Both the position numbers and the translations under genes were made by a program. A DNA stretch of 64,000 bases from Desulfobacterales bacterium (GTDB lineage Bacteria; Desulfobacterota; Desulfobacteria; Desulfobacterales; UBA2174). A model generated the notes under the pieces. The model did no database searches, was not told the DNA's origin, and saw only the letters and a list, made by a program, of their open reading frames with translations. Positions 10,336 through 19,031 of the stretch are shown here, piece by piece; within the stretch, counting starts at the first letter, position 1; every line of letters starts with the position of its first letter. Location of the stretch: NCBI GenBank assembly GCA_963668645.2, contig CAXXWC010000021.1, positions 320,001 to 384,000 of the forward strand, in the 5' to 3' direction.

Positions 10336-11087
10336 GGCCTCAACAGGTTGTCGCGGTTGACATGGCGCAGGGCGCGAAACACGTTGCCCCGAATCTTGCG
10401 GTTTTCTCGATAAAGCCCGGCCAACAGGTCACGCACCTGCCGGCGGCTGCTCGTACCAGCGCTCGGGCAAGGATTGACCACCGGGGGAACCCCGATTTCC
10501 CTCGCCAGGCGGCGCACCACAGCGGCAGGCGCGTAGGCCAAGGGCCGAATCAGGATGAACCGGCCGCCGAAAAAGGGCTGGGCCGGCATCATGGTGCTGA
10601 TTTCCCCGGCGTATAGGACGTTCATGAAAAAGGTTTCGATGATATCGTCCTGGTTATGTCCCATGGCCAGCTTTTGGCAGCCTCGGGCCTCGGCGATTTC
10701 AAACAGGATCTGACGTCGTCGACGGGCGCACAGAAAGCATGGATTTTCCCGATTTACGGAACTATGGGCCACCAGCCCGTGGTCCGTGGCGACCGTCTCC
10801 AGAGAAATCCCGATGCGTTGACAAAAATCGGCGACGGCCGCTGCGGGCGAAGGTACGAAACCCGGGTCGATGTATGCCGCCGTCACATCATACGCCACCG
10901 GCGCCCAATGCCGGCGCTCGGCCAGCATATAAAGCAGGGTCAGGCTATCCGCGCCACCGGAAACCGCCACCAGTATCCGGTCTTCGTGCGCGATCATGCC
11001 GTAATCGCCGATGGCCCGGCCGATGGCGGTATTTACCGCTCGGTAGGCCGCGCTGCGGCGTCCCTGCCGGAACTCAGGCTTGGCCAT
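10332..11087 (-). CDS. ttcA: tRNA 2-thiocytidine(32) synthetase TtcA family
   Basis: PP-loop SGGADS, NPCFLCARRRR, GHNQDD, IRPL, NPCP; start MAKP chosen. Confidence 0.88.
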   Translation of the reverse strand: MAKPEFRQGRRSAAYRAVNTAIGRAIGDYGMIAHEDRILVAVSGGADSLTLLYMLAERRHWAPVAYDVTAAYIDPGFVPSPAAAVADFCQRIGISLETVATDHGLVAHSSVNRENPCFLCARRRRQILFEIAEARGCQKLAMGHNQDDIIETFFMNVLYAGEISTMMPAQPFFGGRFILIRPLAYAPAAVVRRLAREIGVPPVVNPCPSAGTSSRRQVRDLLAGLYRENRKIRGNVFRALRHVNRDNLLRP

Positions 11088-11301
11088 CCGCTGCAGGCTG
11101 GCCCGCTTTGGCCTCGCCGCGCACCACCACCTTGCCGGCAGCGATCTCCCGCAGGGCCACCACGATGTCCTCATTCTTAGGAGCGCTGATCAGATACTCG
11201 GATCCCTCGCGAATCTGACGCACCCGCCTTGCCACCATGTTCACCAGCCGAAAACGGTTGTCCACCCGCTTGAGGCAGTCTTCTACTGTGATACGTGCCA
11301 C
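11074..11301 (-). CDS. rpoZ: RNA polymerase omega subunit
   Basis: MARITVEDCL..NRFRLV..ALREIAAG. Confidence 0.97.
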   Translation of the reverse strand: MARITVEDCLKRVDNRFRLVNMVARRVRQIREGSEYLISAPKNEDIVVALREIAAGKVVVRGEAKAGQPAADGQA

Positions 11302-11376
11302 GTTCCTTCTCCAGTCTTGCGATTGCTTGTGCCGGCGTTGAAATTTCGTCCCGCGCCAGCCCGATCCGTTCAGACG

Positions 11377-11844
11377 TCAGAGGATCTCCACCACTTCGTA
11401 CTGGCGCTTGCCGCCCGGTGCCATCAGCACCACTTCCTCACCAGGCCGTTTGCCCATCAGGGCTTTGCCCAGGGGCGACGAAATGGAAATCTTTCCCTTA
11501 TCGATGTCCGATTCTTCCGGCCCGACCAACTGGTAGGTCACCATCTCGCCGGTTTCGACATTTTCCAGACTGACGCGGCTGGCAAAGCGTACCCGGTCCT
11601 TAGACAGGTTGTCGGCTTCGATAACCTCGGCGTTGGCCAGCTTGTAGGCCAGATCGCCGATGCGCAGCTCCAAGAAGCCCTGCCGATCCTTAGCCGCATG
11701 ATACTCGGCGTTTTCGGACAGGTCGCCGTGGGCCCGGGCTTCTTCGATGGCCTGAATATTGGCCGGCCGTTCTACTGTCTTGAGTCGGTCCAGCTCTTGC
11801 TTGAGCGCCAGAAACCCCTCGTTGGTCATCGGAATTCGTTCCAC
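11377..11844 (-). CDS. greA: Transcription elongation factor GreA
   Basis: ARAHGDLSENAEYHAAK, SPLGKALMGK. Confidence 0.97.
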   Translation of the reverse strand: MERIPMTNEGFLALKQELDRLKTVERPANIQAIEEARAHGDLSENAEYHAAKDRQGFLELRIGDLAYKLANAEVIEADNLSKDRVRFASRVSLENVETGEMVTYQLVGPEESDIDKGKISISSPLGKALMGKRPGEEVVLMAPGGKRQYEVVEIL

Positions 11845-11946
11845 TACCGCATCACTCCTTGTCTTTCATCTTCTGCGCATAGAATATTGCCGGCGCGGGT
11901 GCTGCCAGCCTCCCGCGCCGATGATGTAAAACAGGCAAAACAGTTT

Positions 11947-12618
11947 TCAGACGAGCTGGCCTACGATGCTGGTCCCGGCCAGCACTTTGTCCCCCAGCGC
12001 GCAGGCCAAGTGCGCACCGGGCGGCATATAGACGTCCAGACGCGATCCGAAGCAGATCATCCCGAAGCGTTGGCCCCGTTGCAGTTCGTTCCCGGGTGCA
12101 ACGTTGCAGATGATGCGCCGCGCGATGAGTCCGGCGACTTGCACCACCACCACCCGCGTGCCGTTTTCGGTCTCGATGGTCACGGCGTTGCGCTCATTAT
12201 CAGCCGAAGCCTTATCCAGGTTGGCGGACAAAAATTTGCCTGGATGATAGTCCACCTCGGCCACCCGTCCGGCAACCGGTGCCCGGTTGACGTGCACGTT
12301 GAACACCGACATAAAGATACTGACCTGGTTGCAAGGCCCGCCGTAAAGCGGATGGTGTTCCAGGCTGCGTGCGGCCACCACCCGCCCGTCGGCCGGCGAA
12401 ATCACCGCACCTTCCACTGCAGGCACGGCTCGCTCCGGATCGCGGAAAAAATACGCGATAAAAATCGTCACCGCCAGAGCCGCCACCGCCATCACGCGCC
12501 ACTGGACCAGTGCGAAGATCAAGGTAACGAAGGCAGCCGCCCCGATCAACGCATAGCCCGGCCGAGCAATAGAAAAAGCCACCGGACGAGGCGGCTCAGG
12601 CCAAACATACGACTTCAT
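11947..12618 (-). CDS. psd: Phosphatidylserine decarboxylase (short form)
   Basis: FFRDPER, SPADG, IFMSVFNVHVNRAP, FGSR self-cleavage motif. Confidence 0.93.
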   Translation of the reverse strand: MKSYVWPEPPRPVAFSIARPGYALIGAAAFVTLIFALVQWRVMAVAALAVTIFIAYFFRDPERAVPAVEGAVISPADGRVVAARSLEHHPLYGGPCNQVSIFMSVFNVHVNRAPVAGRVAEVDYHPGKFLSANLDKASADNERNAVTIETENGTRVVVVQVAGLIARRIICNVAPGNELQRGQRFGMICFGSRLDVYMPPGAHLACALGDKVLAGTSIVGQLV

Positions 12619-12643
12619 TTTTCCCTCTCCGCTTAAAATACGA

Positions 12644-13333
12644 TCAAGGCCTAGTAGCAATCTCCGAGCGTCTTGTCAATGCCGCACGCAGGTAGCATGG
12701 CTGCAGCTGCTCGGGCGAGACGGCCTGCTCCATCCGGGTGCGCGCCAGCCGGGCCACCGTGGCGGCCCGCAGCAGATGTTCTTCCGGCGGCCCCCAACCG
12801 GCGCCGGTTCCCAGCACGGCCGATAAGCGCAGCGCATAGGCACGCACACCCGAACCCACCAGGCGGCAAGGCAGTGTAATCCCGGCGGCGGCTTTTTCCG
12901 GCTCCGCCACCGCTTCTTCGGAAAGCGCCTGAAGATCGCCGCCGCACATGTGATAAACGGCGTGGTAGACTTCCCCGCGCCGCGCATCGATGAGCGCCGC
13001 TATCCTGCCCTCTTTGGGCGCGGCTTGCAGGGCCAGCGCTTCGAGGTTGGAGACCGCCACCACCGGCTTGCCGGAAGCCAAGGATAGGGCTTGAACCGTG
13101 GCCAATCCGATGCGCACTCCGGTAAAACTGCCCGGTCCGCGGGTCACGGCAAGCAGGTCGAGGTCGGCGGGCTTGAGCCCTCCGGCGGCCAGCACACCTT
13201 CAATCAAGGACATCAGATGGCGATTGTGGCTATGGCCGGAGGCCACGGTGCGCTCGGCGCGTACCTGCCGTTCATCCACCAGCGCCACACTGCAGCTCAT
13301 CCCGGCCGTATCCAGCGCCAGAATGCGCATCAA
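12644..13333 (-). CDS. tsaB: t6A biosynthesis protein TsaB
   Basis: ILALDTA, GPGSFTGVRIG, DARRGEVY, PCYLR. Confidence 0.94.
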   Translation of the reverse strand: MMRILALDTAGMSCSVALVDERQVRAERTVASGHSHNRHLMSLIEGVLAAGGLKPADLDLLAVTRGPGSFTGVRIGLATVQALSLASGKPVVAVSNLEALALQAAPKEGRIAALIDARRGEVYHAVYHMCGGDLQALSEEAVAEPEKAAAGITLPCRLVGSGVRAYALRLSAVLGTGAGWGPPEEHLLRAATVARLARTRMEQAVSPEQLQPCYLRAALTRRSEIATRP

Positions 13334-15786
13334 CGGGCCTCGGCGGAGGAAGCCTTGGGCTTGGCGCGCTGGCCGCTCCGCGAGCGCTTGGGTGCTGAGC
13401 GCGGGGCCGGCTCGGGAGGCAGCAGGGCGGCCTCCAGGACCGCGTCCATCTGGCGCACGGGAATGAACTTGAGCTTGCGCTTGATGGATGCGGGCAGTTC
13501 TGCCAATTCCTTGCGGTTTTTTTCCGGAATCAGGATGGTGCGAATCCCGGCGCGCAGTGCCCCGAGGGACTTTTCCTTCAGACCGCCTATGGGCAGTACT
13601 CGGCCGCGCAGGGTAATCTCTCCGGTCATGGCCACATCCTTGCGTACCGGGCGGCGGGTCAGCGTGGAAATCAGCGCCGTGGCCATGGCGATGCCTGCCG
13701 AAGGGCCGTCCTTGGGGATAGCCCCGGCCGGCACGTGGATATGTACATCGACATTGTCCAGGGTCGGTTGCTTGAGCCCCATAGCCTTGAGGTTGGCCCG
13801 CGCATAGCTCAAGGCGGCCCTGGCAGACTCCTGCATGATTTCTCCGATCTGGCCGGTGATGATCAGATCGCCCTTGCCGCTGATCAGACTCGCTTCGACG
13901 TAGAGCACCTCGCCGCCGACCTGGGTCCAGGCCAAACCGGTGGAAAGCCCGACCTGGCTCTCTTCCTGGTCCATTTCCGGGTAATATCGCGGAACTCCGA
14001 GAAACCGCTCCAGGTTGCCGCGCGTTACCACTACGGCCTTGCGTTCTCCTTCGGCGCGCCGGCGCGCCACCTTGCGGCAGATGCTGCCCAGCTCGCGCTC
14101 CAGATTGCGCAACCCGGCTTCCATGGTATACTCTTCGATCACCTGATCGACGGCCGCATCGCTGATGGTCAACTGGCGCGGCTTGATTCCGTTTTCCTTT
14201 AACTGGCGCGGCAAGAGATACTGCCGGGCGATCTTGCGTTTTTCTTCCGAGGTATAGCCCGAAATGGAAAGCATCTCCATCCGGTCCAGCAGGGCTGAAG
14301 GGATTGTATCGATCACGTTGGCTGTAAGAATGAACATCACCCGCGACAGATCGAAGGCAAGGTTGAGGTAGTGATCTGAAAAGGCTTGGTTCTGCTCTGG
14401 ATCCAGGGCTTCGAGCAGGGCCGCGGAGGGATCTCCGCGAAAATCGGCCCCCAGCTTATCGATTTCATCCATCATGAAGACCGGGTTGGACACCCCCGCC
14501 TGCTTGATGCCCTGGATGATGCGGCCCGGCAGCGAGCCGATGTAGGTCCTGCGATGGCCCCGGATCTCGGCCTCGTCACGAATACCTCCCAGGCTGACGC
14601 GCACGAAGCGGCGCTTCATGGCCTTGGCGATGGCCTGGCCCAGTGAGGTCTTGCCCACCCCCGGCGGGCCGACGAAGCACAGGATCGGCCCTTTGGTGGC
14701 CGGATTGAGCTTGCGCACGCTCAGGTATTCCAGGATCCGGTCCTTGACCTTGTCCAGGCCGAAATGCTCCTGATCCAGAATTTTTTTGGCGGCCGGGATG
14801 TCGATGACATCCTTGGTGGTATGGCTCCAGGGCAGCTCTACCAGCCAGTCGAGGTAGGTGCGCACCACGCCGGCCTCGGCCGCCTCAGGGTGCATCATTT
14901 CAAGGCGTTTGAGCTGTTTTTCAGCTTCCGCGGCCGCCTCACGGGGCATCTTGGCGCGTTTGATCTGGCGCCGATAGCCCTCGATCTCCTGAACCTTCTC
15001 GTCCGATTCGCCCAATTCGCGGTGGATGGCGCGCACCTGTTCGCGCAGGAAAAAATCGCGCTGGCTCTTACTGATCTCCTCACGCACGTTGGATTGAATC
15101 TTGGCCTGCATCGAGGAGAGGGTCAGTTCGCGTGACAACAGATCATTGACCCGCTGCAGGCGCGCCGCAGGATCGAGCAGTTCGAGCAGGGCCTGGGATT
15201 CATCGATCTTGAGCCGCAGGTTGGTCGCCACCAGATCGGCCAGCTTTCCCGGCTCTTCGATGCCGTCCAGAATCGAAGCGATCTCCGAGGACATCTCCCC
15301 ACGCAAGGTGAGAATCTTGACGGCCTGTTCGCGCACGTTGCGCATCAGGGCCTCAAGTTCCAACGTCATCGGAGGGGCTTCGTTTTCTTTGATCAGCTCG
15401 ATGCGCACCCGAAAAAAACCGCGCTTGCGCAGATAGCGCACCACCTTGGCCTTGGCCACGCCCTGAACCAGGGCCTTGACCCGTCCGTCGGGCATCTTGA
15501 GCATGCGCAGGAGTCGGCCGACGGTGCCCACCGGGTAAATCTCCTCCGGCCCGGGCGATTCGATGTTCGGATCTTTCTGGGTGGCCAGCAGCAGGAATCC
15601 ATCCTTTGCCACGGCGGCTTCCACGGCTCGAATCGACTGGTCCCGGCCCACGAACAGCGGCAAAAGCATGTCGGTAAAAATCACCACATCACGCACCGGC
15701 ATGAGTGGCAAGGTGGTCGGCAGAACCGCCGGATCCCCGTTTTCTTCTATGATGCTGATTAGATCGTCTCGATCAGTTTCGGCCAT
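13330..15786 (-). CDS. lon: ATP-dependent protease La
   Basis: GPPGVGKTS, RGHRRTYIG, DEIDK, PKDGPSAG, IGGLKEK. Confidence 0.98.
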   Translation of the reverse strand: MAETDRDDLISIIEENGDPAVLPTTLPLMPVRDVVIFTDMLLPLFVGRDQSIRAVEAAVAKDGFLLLATQKDPNIESPGPEEIYPVGTVGRLLRMLKMPDGRVKALVQGVAKAKVVRYLRKRGFFRVRIELIKENEAPPMTLELEALMRNVREQAVKILTLRGEMSSEIASILDGIEEPGKLADLVATNLRLKIDESQALLELLDPAARLQRVNDLLSRELTLSSMQAKIQSNVREEISKSQRDFFLREQVRAIHRELGESDEKVQEIEGYRRQIKRAKMPREAAAEAEKQLKRLEMMHPEAAEAGVVRTYLDWLVELPWSHTTKDVIDIPAAKKILDQEHFGLDKVKDRILEYLSVRKLNPATKGPILCFVGPPGVGKTSLGQAIAKAMKRRFVRVSLGGIRDEAEIRGHRRTYIGSLPGRIIQGIKQAGVSNPVFMMDEIDKLGADFRGDPSAALLEALDPEQNQAFSDHYLNLAFDLSRVMFILTANVIDTIPSALLDRMEMLSISGYTSEEKRKIARQYLLPRQLKENGIKPRQLTISDAAVDQVIEEYTMEAGLRNLERELGSICRKVARRRAEGERKAVVVTRGNLERFLGVPRYYPEMDQEESQVGLSTGLAWTQVGGEVLYVEASLISGKGDLIITGQIGEIMQESARAALSYARANLKAMGLKQPTLDNVDVHIHVPAGAIPKDGPSAGIAMATALISTLTRRPVRKDVAMTGEITLRGRVLPIGGLKEKSLGALRAGIRTILIPEKNRKELAELPASIKRKLKFIPVRQMDAVLEAALLPPEPAPRSAPKRSRSGQRAKPKASSAEAR

Positions 15787-15833
15787 GCTGACTCCTGAAA
15801 TCCTTTCCGAATAATTGAAATCTGAAACTTATT

Positions 15834-15861
15834 ATTATAAGCGCCCATATCACTTTGACAA
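15834..15861 (-). promoter_or_regulatory. Sigma-70-type promoter for the lon operon
   Basis: Minus strand TTGTCA-16 nt-TATAAT, about 50 bp upstream of the lon ATG. Confidence 0.6.
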
Positions 15862-16076
15862 CACCAATCTCTCACCAATTTCTCACCATGGGCAGAATCG
15901 TTGCGCGCCGCACGGTTTCATTTTCGACTTTCAAGGTTCACTGCACCACTGTATCAAGGCATCGGCCGGCCCTGGCGAGCCTCGGTGTAAAAGCCGGGAG
16001 CCGGGTTAAATTGCTTGCATTTTGGTTCTCACCGCTTAAACTTGCTTAAGTTCAAATCAAATCGGAGTGGTGCTCC

Positions 16077-16853
16077 ATGCTCGAAACCGGCCTTCTATGT
16101 TTCGTTGCGGTCGGCGGCCTTTGCGTCGGCAGCTTTCTCAACGTCGCCATTTATCGTCTGCCCATGGGCCGATCGGTGGCCGATCCGCCCCGTTCGGTCT
16201 GCCCGGCATGCGGGGAGCCGATCCGGGCCTACGACAATGTGCCGCTGCTGAGCTACCTGTGGCTGCACGCAAGCTGCCGCCAATGCCACGGTCCGATCCA
16301 TTGGCGCTACCCGGTGGTCGAACTGCTCGGCGGCCTGCTGGCCGCCGGATGCTTTTGGCGCTTCGGCCCCACGGCCCAGGCCCTGATCGCTTTCGCACTG
16401 TGTGCGGTTTTGCTGACTGTTGCGATGATCGATATCGATCATCGCATCATTCCCGACCGCATCATCCTCACGGCCGCCCCCCTTTTGTGGGGGGCCAGCG
16501 CCGCCCTGACCGGGGCCGGCTGGCGCGATGGTCTGGCGGGCGTCGCGGCGGGTGCCGGGATTCTGTGGCTGGTCTCGGCCGGTTATCAGCGCTTGTCCGG
16601 GCGAGAAGGCATGGGGTTGGGGGATGTCAAATTAATGGCCCTGATCGGTGTGGTGCTCGGCTGGCCTGGGGCCCTGTTTACCATTTTTGCCGGAGCCTGC
16701 TACGGGGCACTGATCGGCCCCCTGGCGATGATGCGCAGCGGCCGGGGAATGAAAACCGCCATTCCCTTCGGGCCTTTCCTGGCGGCCGGGGCATTGACCT
16801 ATCTCATGGCAGGCCCTGAACTGGTGCAGGGCTATTTTCGACTGGCCCTTTAG
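16077..16853 (+). CDS. pilD: Prepilin peptidase (A24)
   Basis: GSFLNVAIYRLP, SVCPAC..CRQC, RYPVVE, IDIDHRIIPD, GMGLGDVKL, IPFGPFL. Confidence 0.95.
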   Translation: MLETGLLCFVAVGGLCVGSFLNVAIYRLPMGRSVADPPRSVCPACGEPIRAYDNVPLLSYLWLHASCRQCHGPIHWRYPVVELLGGLLAAGCFWRFGPTAQALIAFALCAVLLTVAMIDIDHRIIPDRIILTAAPLLWGASAALTGAGWRDGLAGVAAGAGILWLVSAGYQRLSGREGMGLGDVKLMALIGVVLGWPGALFTIFAGACYGALIGPLAMMRSGRGMKTAIPFGPFLAAGALTYLMAGPELVQGYFRLAL

Positions 16854-16885
16854 CAGCTGGTTTCCCATGGAGGGTCTACGCGAGA

Positions 16886-17668
16886 TTGAACCGAACGCCG
16901 ATGACACTCGAAGCTTCAAAACCAGGCGCCCCCGGCCCCCGGCGCATCGCCGTGATCGCTGACATCCACGCCAACATGGATGCCTTGACTGCAGTTTTGG
17001 CGCATATCCGAACCCAGGATGCGGACCGGATCGTCTGCCTGGGCGACTCTATCGGCTACGGGGCCGAGCCCCTGGCCACGCTGAGGCGGGTGGAAGCCCT
17101 GGGTTGCCCCACCGTGATCGGCAACCACGAACTGGCGTTGCGCTTTCCGCGTCTTATGGCCTGGTTCAACCCTTTGGCCCGTGAGAGCCTCAACATCACT
17201 GCAGATCTCTTGGATGCTGCCGGCCGCAGGTGGATCGAGACCTTACCGTCGGTTGTCAAACACTGGGGGGCGCGCTTCGTCCACGGGCTGCCGCCGGCCT
17301 CACCGATGCGCTACCTCTTCCAGGCGACTTCGACCCAACTCCAACGCAAGATGCAAAACTCGGCCGAGCGCATCTGCTTCGTGGGCCATACCCACCGGCT
17401 GGAAGTAGTCCGTTGCGACCAAGACCGGCTGGAACGGCGCAGGCTGGACCGCACCCCGGTCCGCCTCGATCCGCAGGCCAGGTACATTGTCAACGTGGGA
17501 AGTGTCGGGCAGCCTCGTGACGGTAACCCCGAGGCAAAGTATGTAATCTGGGACCGAGCCTGCGATTTGATCCGTCTTTGCTGCGTGCCCTATCCATACC
17601 AGGCGGCGGCGGACAAGATCCGCCGAGCCGGGATGCCGGAGGCCCACGCCTTGAGGCTGCTGCCGTGA
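16886..17668 (+). CDS. Calcineurin-like metallophosphoesterase (YfcE/PPP-like)
   Basis: DIHAN, LGDSIGYG, GNHE, HG, GHTH, NVGSVGQPRDG; start may be at 16901. Confidence 0.9.
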   Translation: MNRTPMTLEASKPGAPGPRRIAVIADIHANMDALTAVLAHIRTQDADRIVCLGDSIGYGAEPLATLRRVEALGCPTVIGNHELALRFPRLMAWFNPLARESLNITADLLDAAGRRWIETLPSVVKHWGARFVHGLPPASPMRYLFQATSTQLQRKMQNSAERICFVGHTHRLEVVRCDQDRLERRRLDRTPVRLDPQARYIVNVGSVGQPRDGNPEAKYVIWDRACDLIRLCCVPYPYQAAADKIRRAGMPEAHALRLLP

Positions 17669-19023
17669 AGCAAATCGGCCGCTACCCGGTCATAGACGCG
17701 CTGGGCCGCGGCATCATGGCCCGGGTCTTTTTGGTGCGCATCCCGGTGATCGGCCGTCCGGCGGCCGCCAAGTGCCTCATGCCCATCGAGCCCTTGCCTG
17801 CCCTGCTAGGCCCCGGCGTATTGTACGACCGGTTCGTGGATGAAGCCGCGATCCTCGGCGGGCTGCAGCACCCGCATATCTGCGAGATCTTCGATTTCGG
17901 CGATGCACACGGCACGCCTTTTTACCTCATGGCCTATCACGGCCACAATCTGGGCATTGCCATCGGTGAAGGGGTGCGCATCGAAGCGCCCACGCGCACC
18001 ATCCGCATCGACCGCGCCGTGGAGTACATCCTGCAAACCCTGTCGGGATTGGCCCGGCTACACGATGCGGGGCTGGTGCACCGCGACATCAAACCCCAGA
18101 ACCTGCTCATCACCGATGAAGACCGGATCAAGATCGCCGATTTCGGCCTGGCCAAAGGCCGGGCCGAAAGCCGCAGCATGCCGTCCCAGCTCAAGATCGG
18201 TTCTCCGGGATACGCCGCGCCCGAACAACTCGCCGACCCGCAGGGCGTCGATGGGCGGGCGGATCTATACGCCGCCGCAGTCGTCTTCTACCGCTTGGTC
18301 ACCGGCCATCTGCCCGAAGCCACTTTGCACGCCGGCCCCCCCTCCCTGAGCCGCCACGCACCCGGCCTGGACGCAGAATGGGATCGCTTCATGCACCGCG
18401 CCCTGGCCCCTGATCCGGCACAGCGCTTTGCCACGGCCCAACAGATGGGCGCGTCACTCGACGATTTGGCCGGCCGGTATCGCCGGGATCTGGAAATGAC
18501 CTGTGGTTTGCCGGAAGTCGCGCCCCAAAGCGTCTCCAATCCGCCATCCGGGCGCCAGCGGCGCGTTGTGCCCGGCAAGATCCGGGCCCGCGAAGCACAG
18601 GAGGCCTTCGGTCTTGACGCCCTGTGGCGCCCGCGCCGATACTGGCCCATCGATCGTTTGCATATGGAAGGGGACCTGATGCGCGATCCGTGGACCGGCC
18701 GCCTCTGGCAGCAGGCAGGTTCCCCCTACCCGCTGACTTGGCCTGAGGCCCGCGCCTATGTCGACCGGCTCAATCGCCAGGGATTCGGGGGCCGACGCGC
18801 TTGGCGCCTGCCTACGGTGGATGAGTTGGTCACTTTGCTGCGGCCACCCCTGAAGGGGCGGGATTTTTGCATCGAACCGTGCTTCGATCAGACCCAGCGG
18901 CGGCTCTGGAGCGCCGACCGCAAATCCTACCACAGTGCATGGTTTGTCAGTCCGGACCTCGGGTTCGTCGCCTGGCAGCAGACCGTGGCCCGCAACTGGG
19001 TTCGTGCGGTCTGCGAAGGATAA
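17665..19023 (+). CDS. Hanks-type Ser/Thr kinase fused to DUF1566 (Lcl-type) C-terminal domain
   Basis: LGRG, AAK, HRDIKPQN, DFG, APE; C-terminal DPWTGRLWQQ..TWPEA..WRLPTVDEL..WS..VRAV; GTG start overlaps the upstream TGA. Confidence 0.88.
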   Translation: MKQIGRYPVIDALGRGIMARVFLVRIPVIGRPAAAKCLMPIEPLPALLGPGVLYDRFVDEAAILGGLQHPHICEIFDFGDAHGTPFYLMAYHGHNLGIAIGEGVRIEAPTRTIRIDRAVEYILQTLSGLARLHDAGLVHRDIKPQNLLITDEDRIKIADFGLAKGRAESRSMPSQLKIGSPGYAAPEQLADPQGVDGRADLYAAAVVFYRLVTGHLPEATLHAGPPSLSRHAPGLDAEWDRFMHRALAPDPAQRFATAQQMGASLDDLAGRYRRDLEMTCGLPEVAPQSVSNPPSGRQRRVVPGKIRAREAQEAFGLDALWRPRRYWPIDRLHMEGDLMRDPWTGRLWQQAGSPYPLTWPEARAYVDRLNRQGFGGRRAWRLPTVDELVTLLRPPLKGRDFCIEPCFDQTQRRLWSADRKSYHSAWFVSPDLGFVAWQQTVARNWVRAVCEG

Positions 19024-19031
19024 ACGCCGGC

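Noticed and set aside
18640..19023. DUF1566 as a diversity-generating retroelement target
   Set aside because: No reverse transcriptase or template repeat seen in the window.
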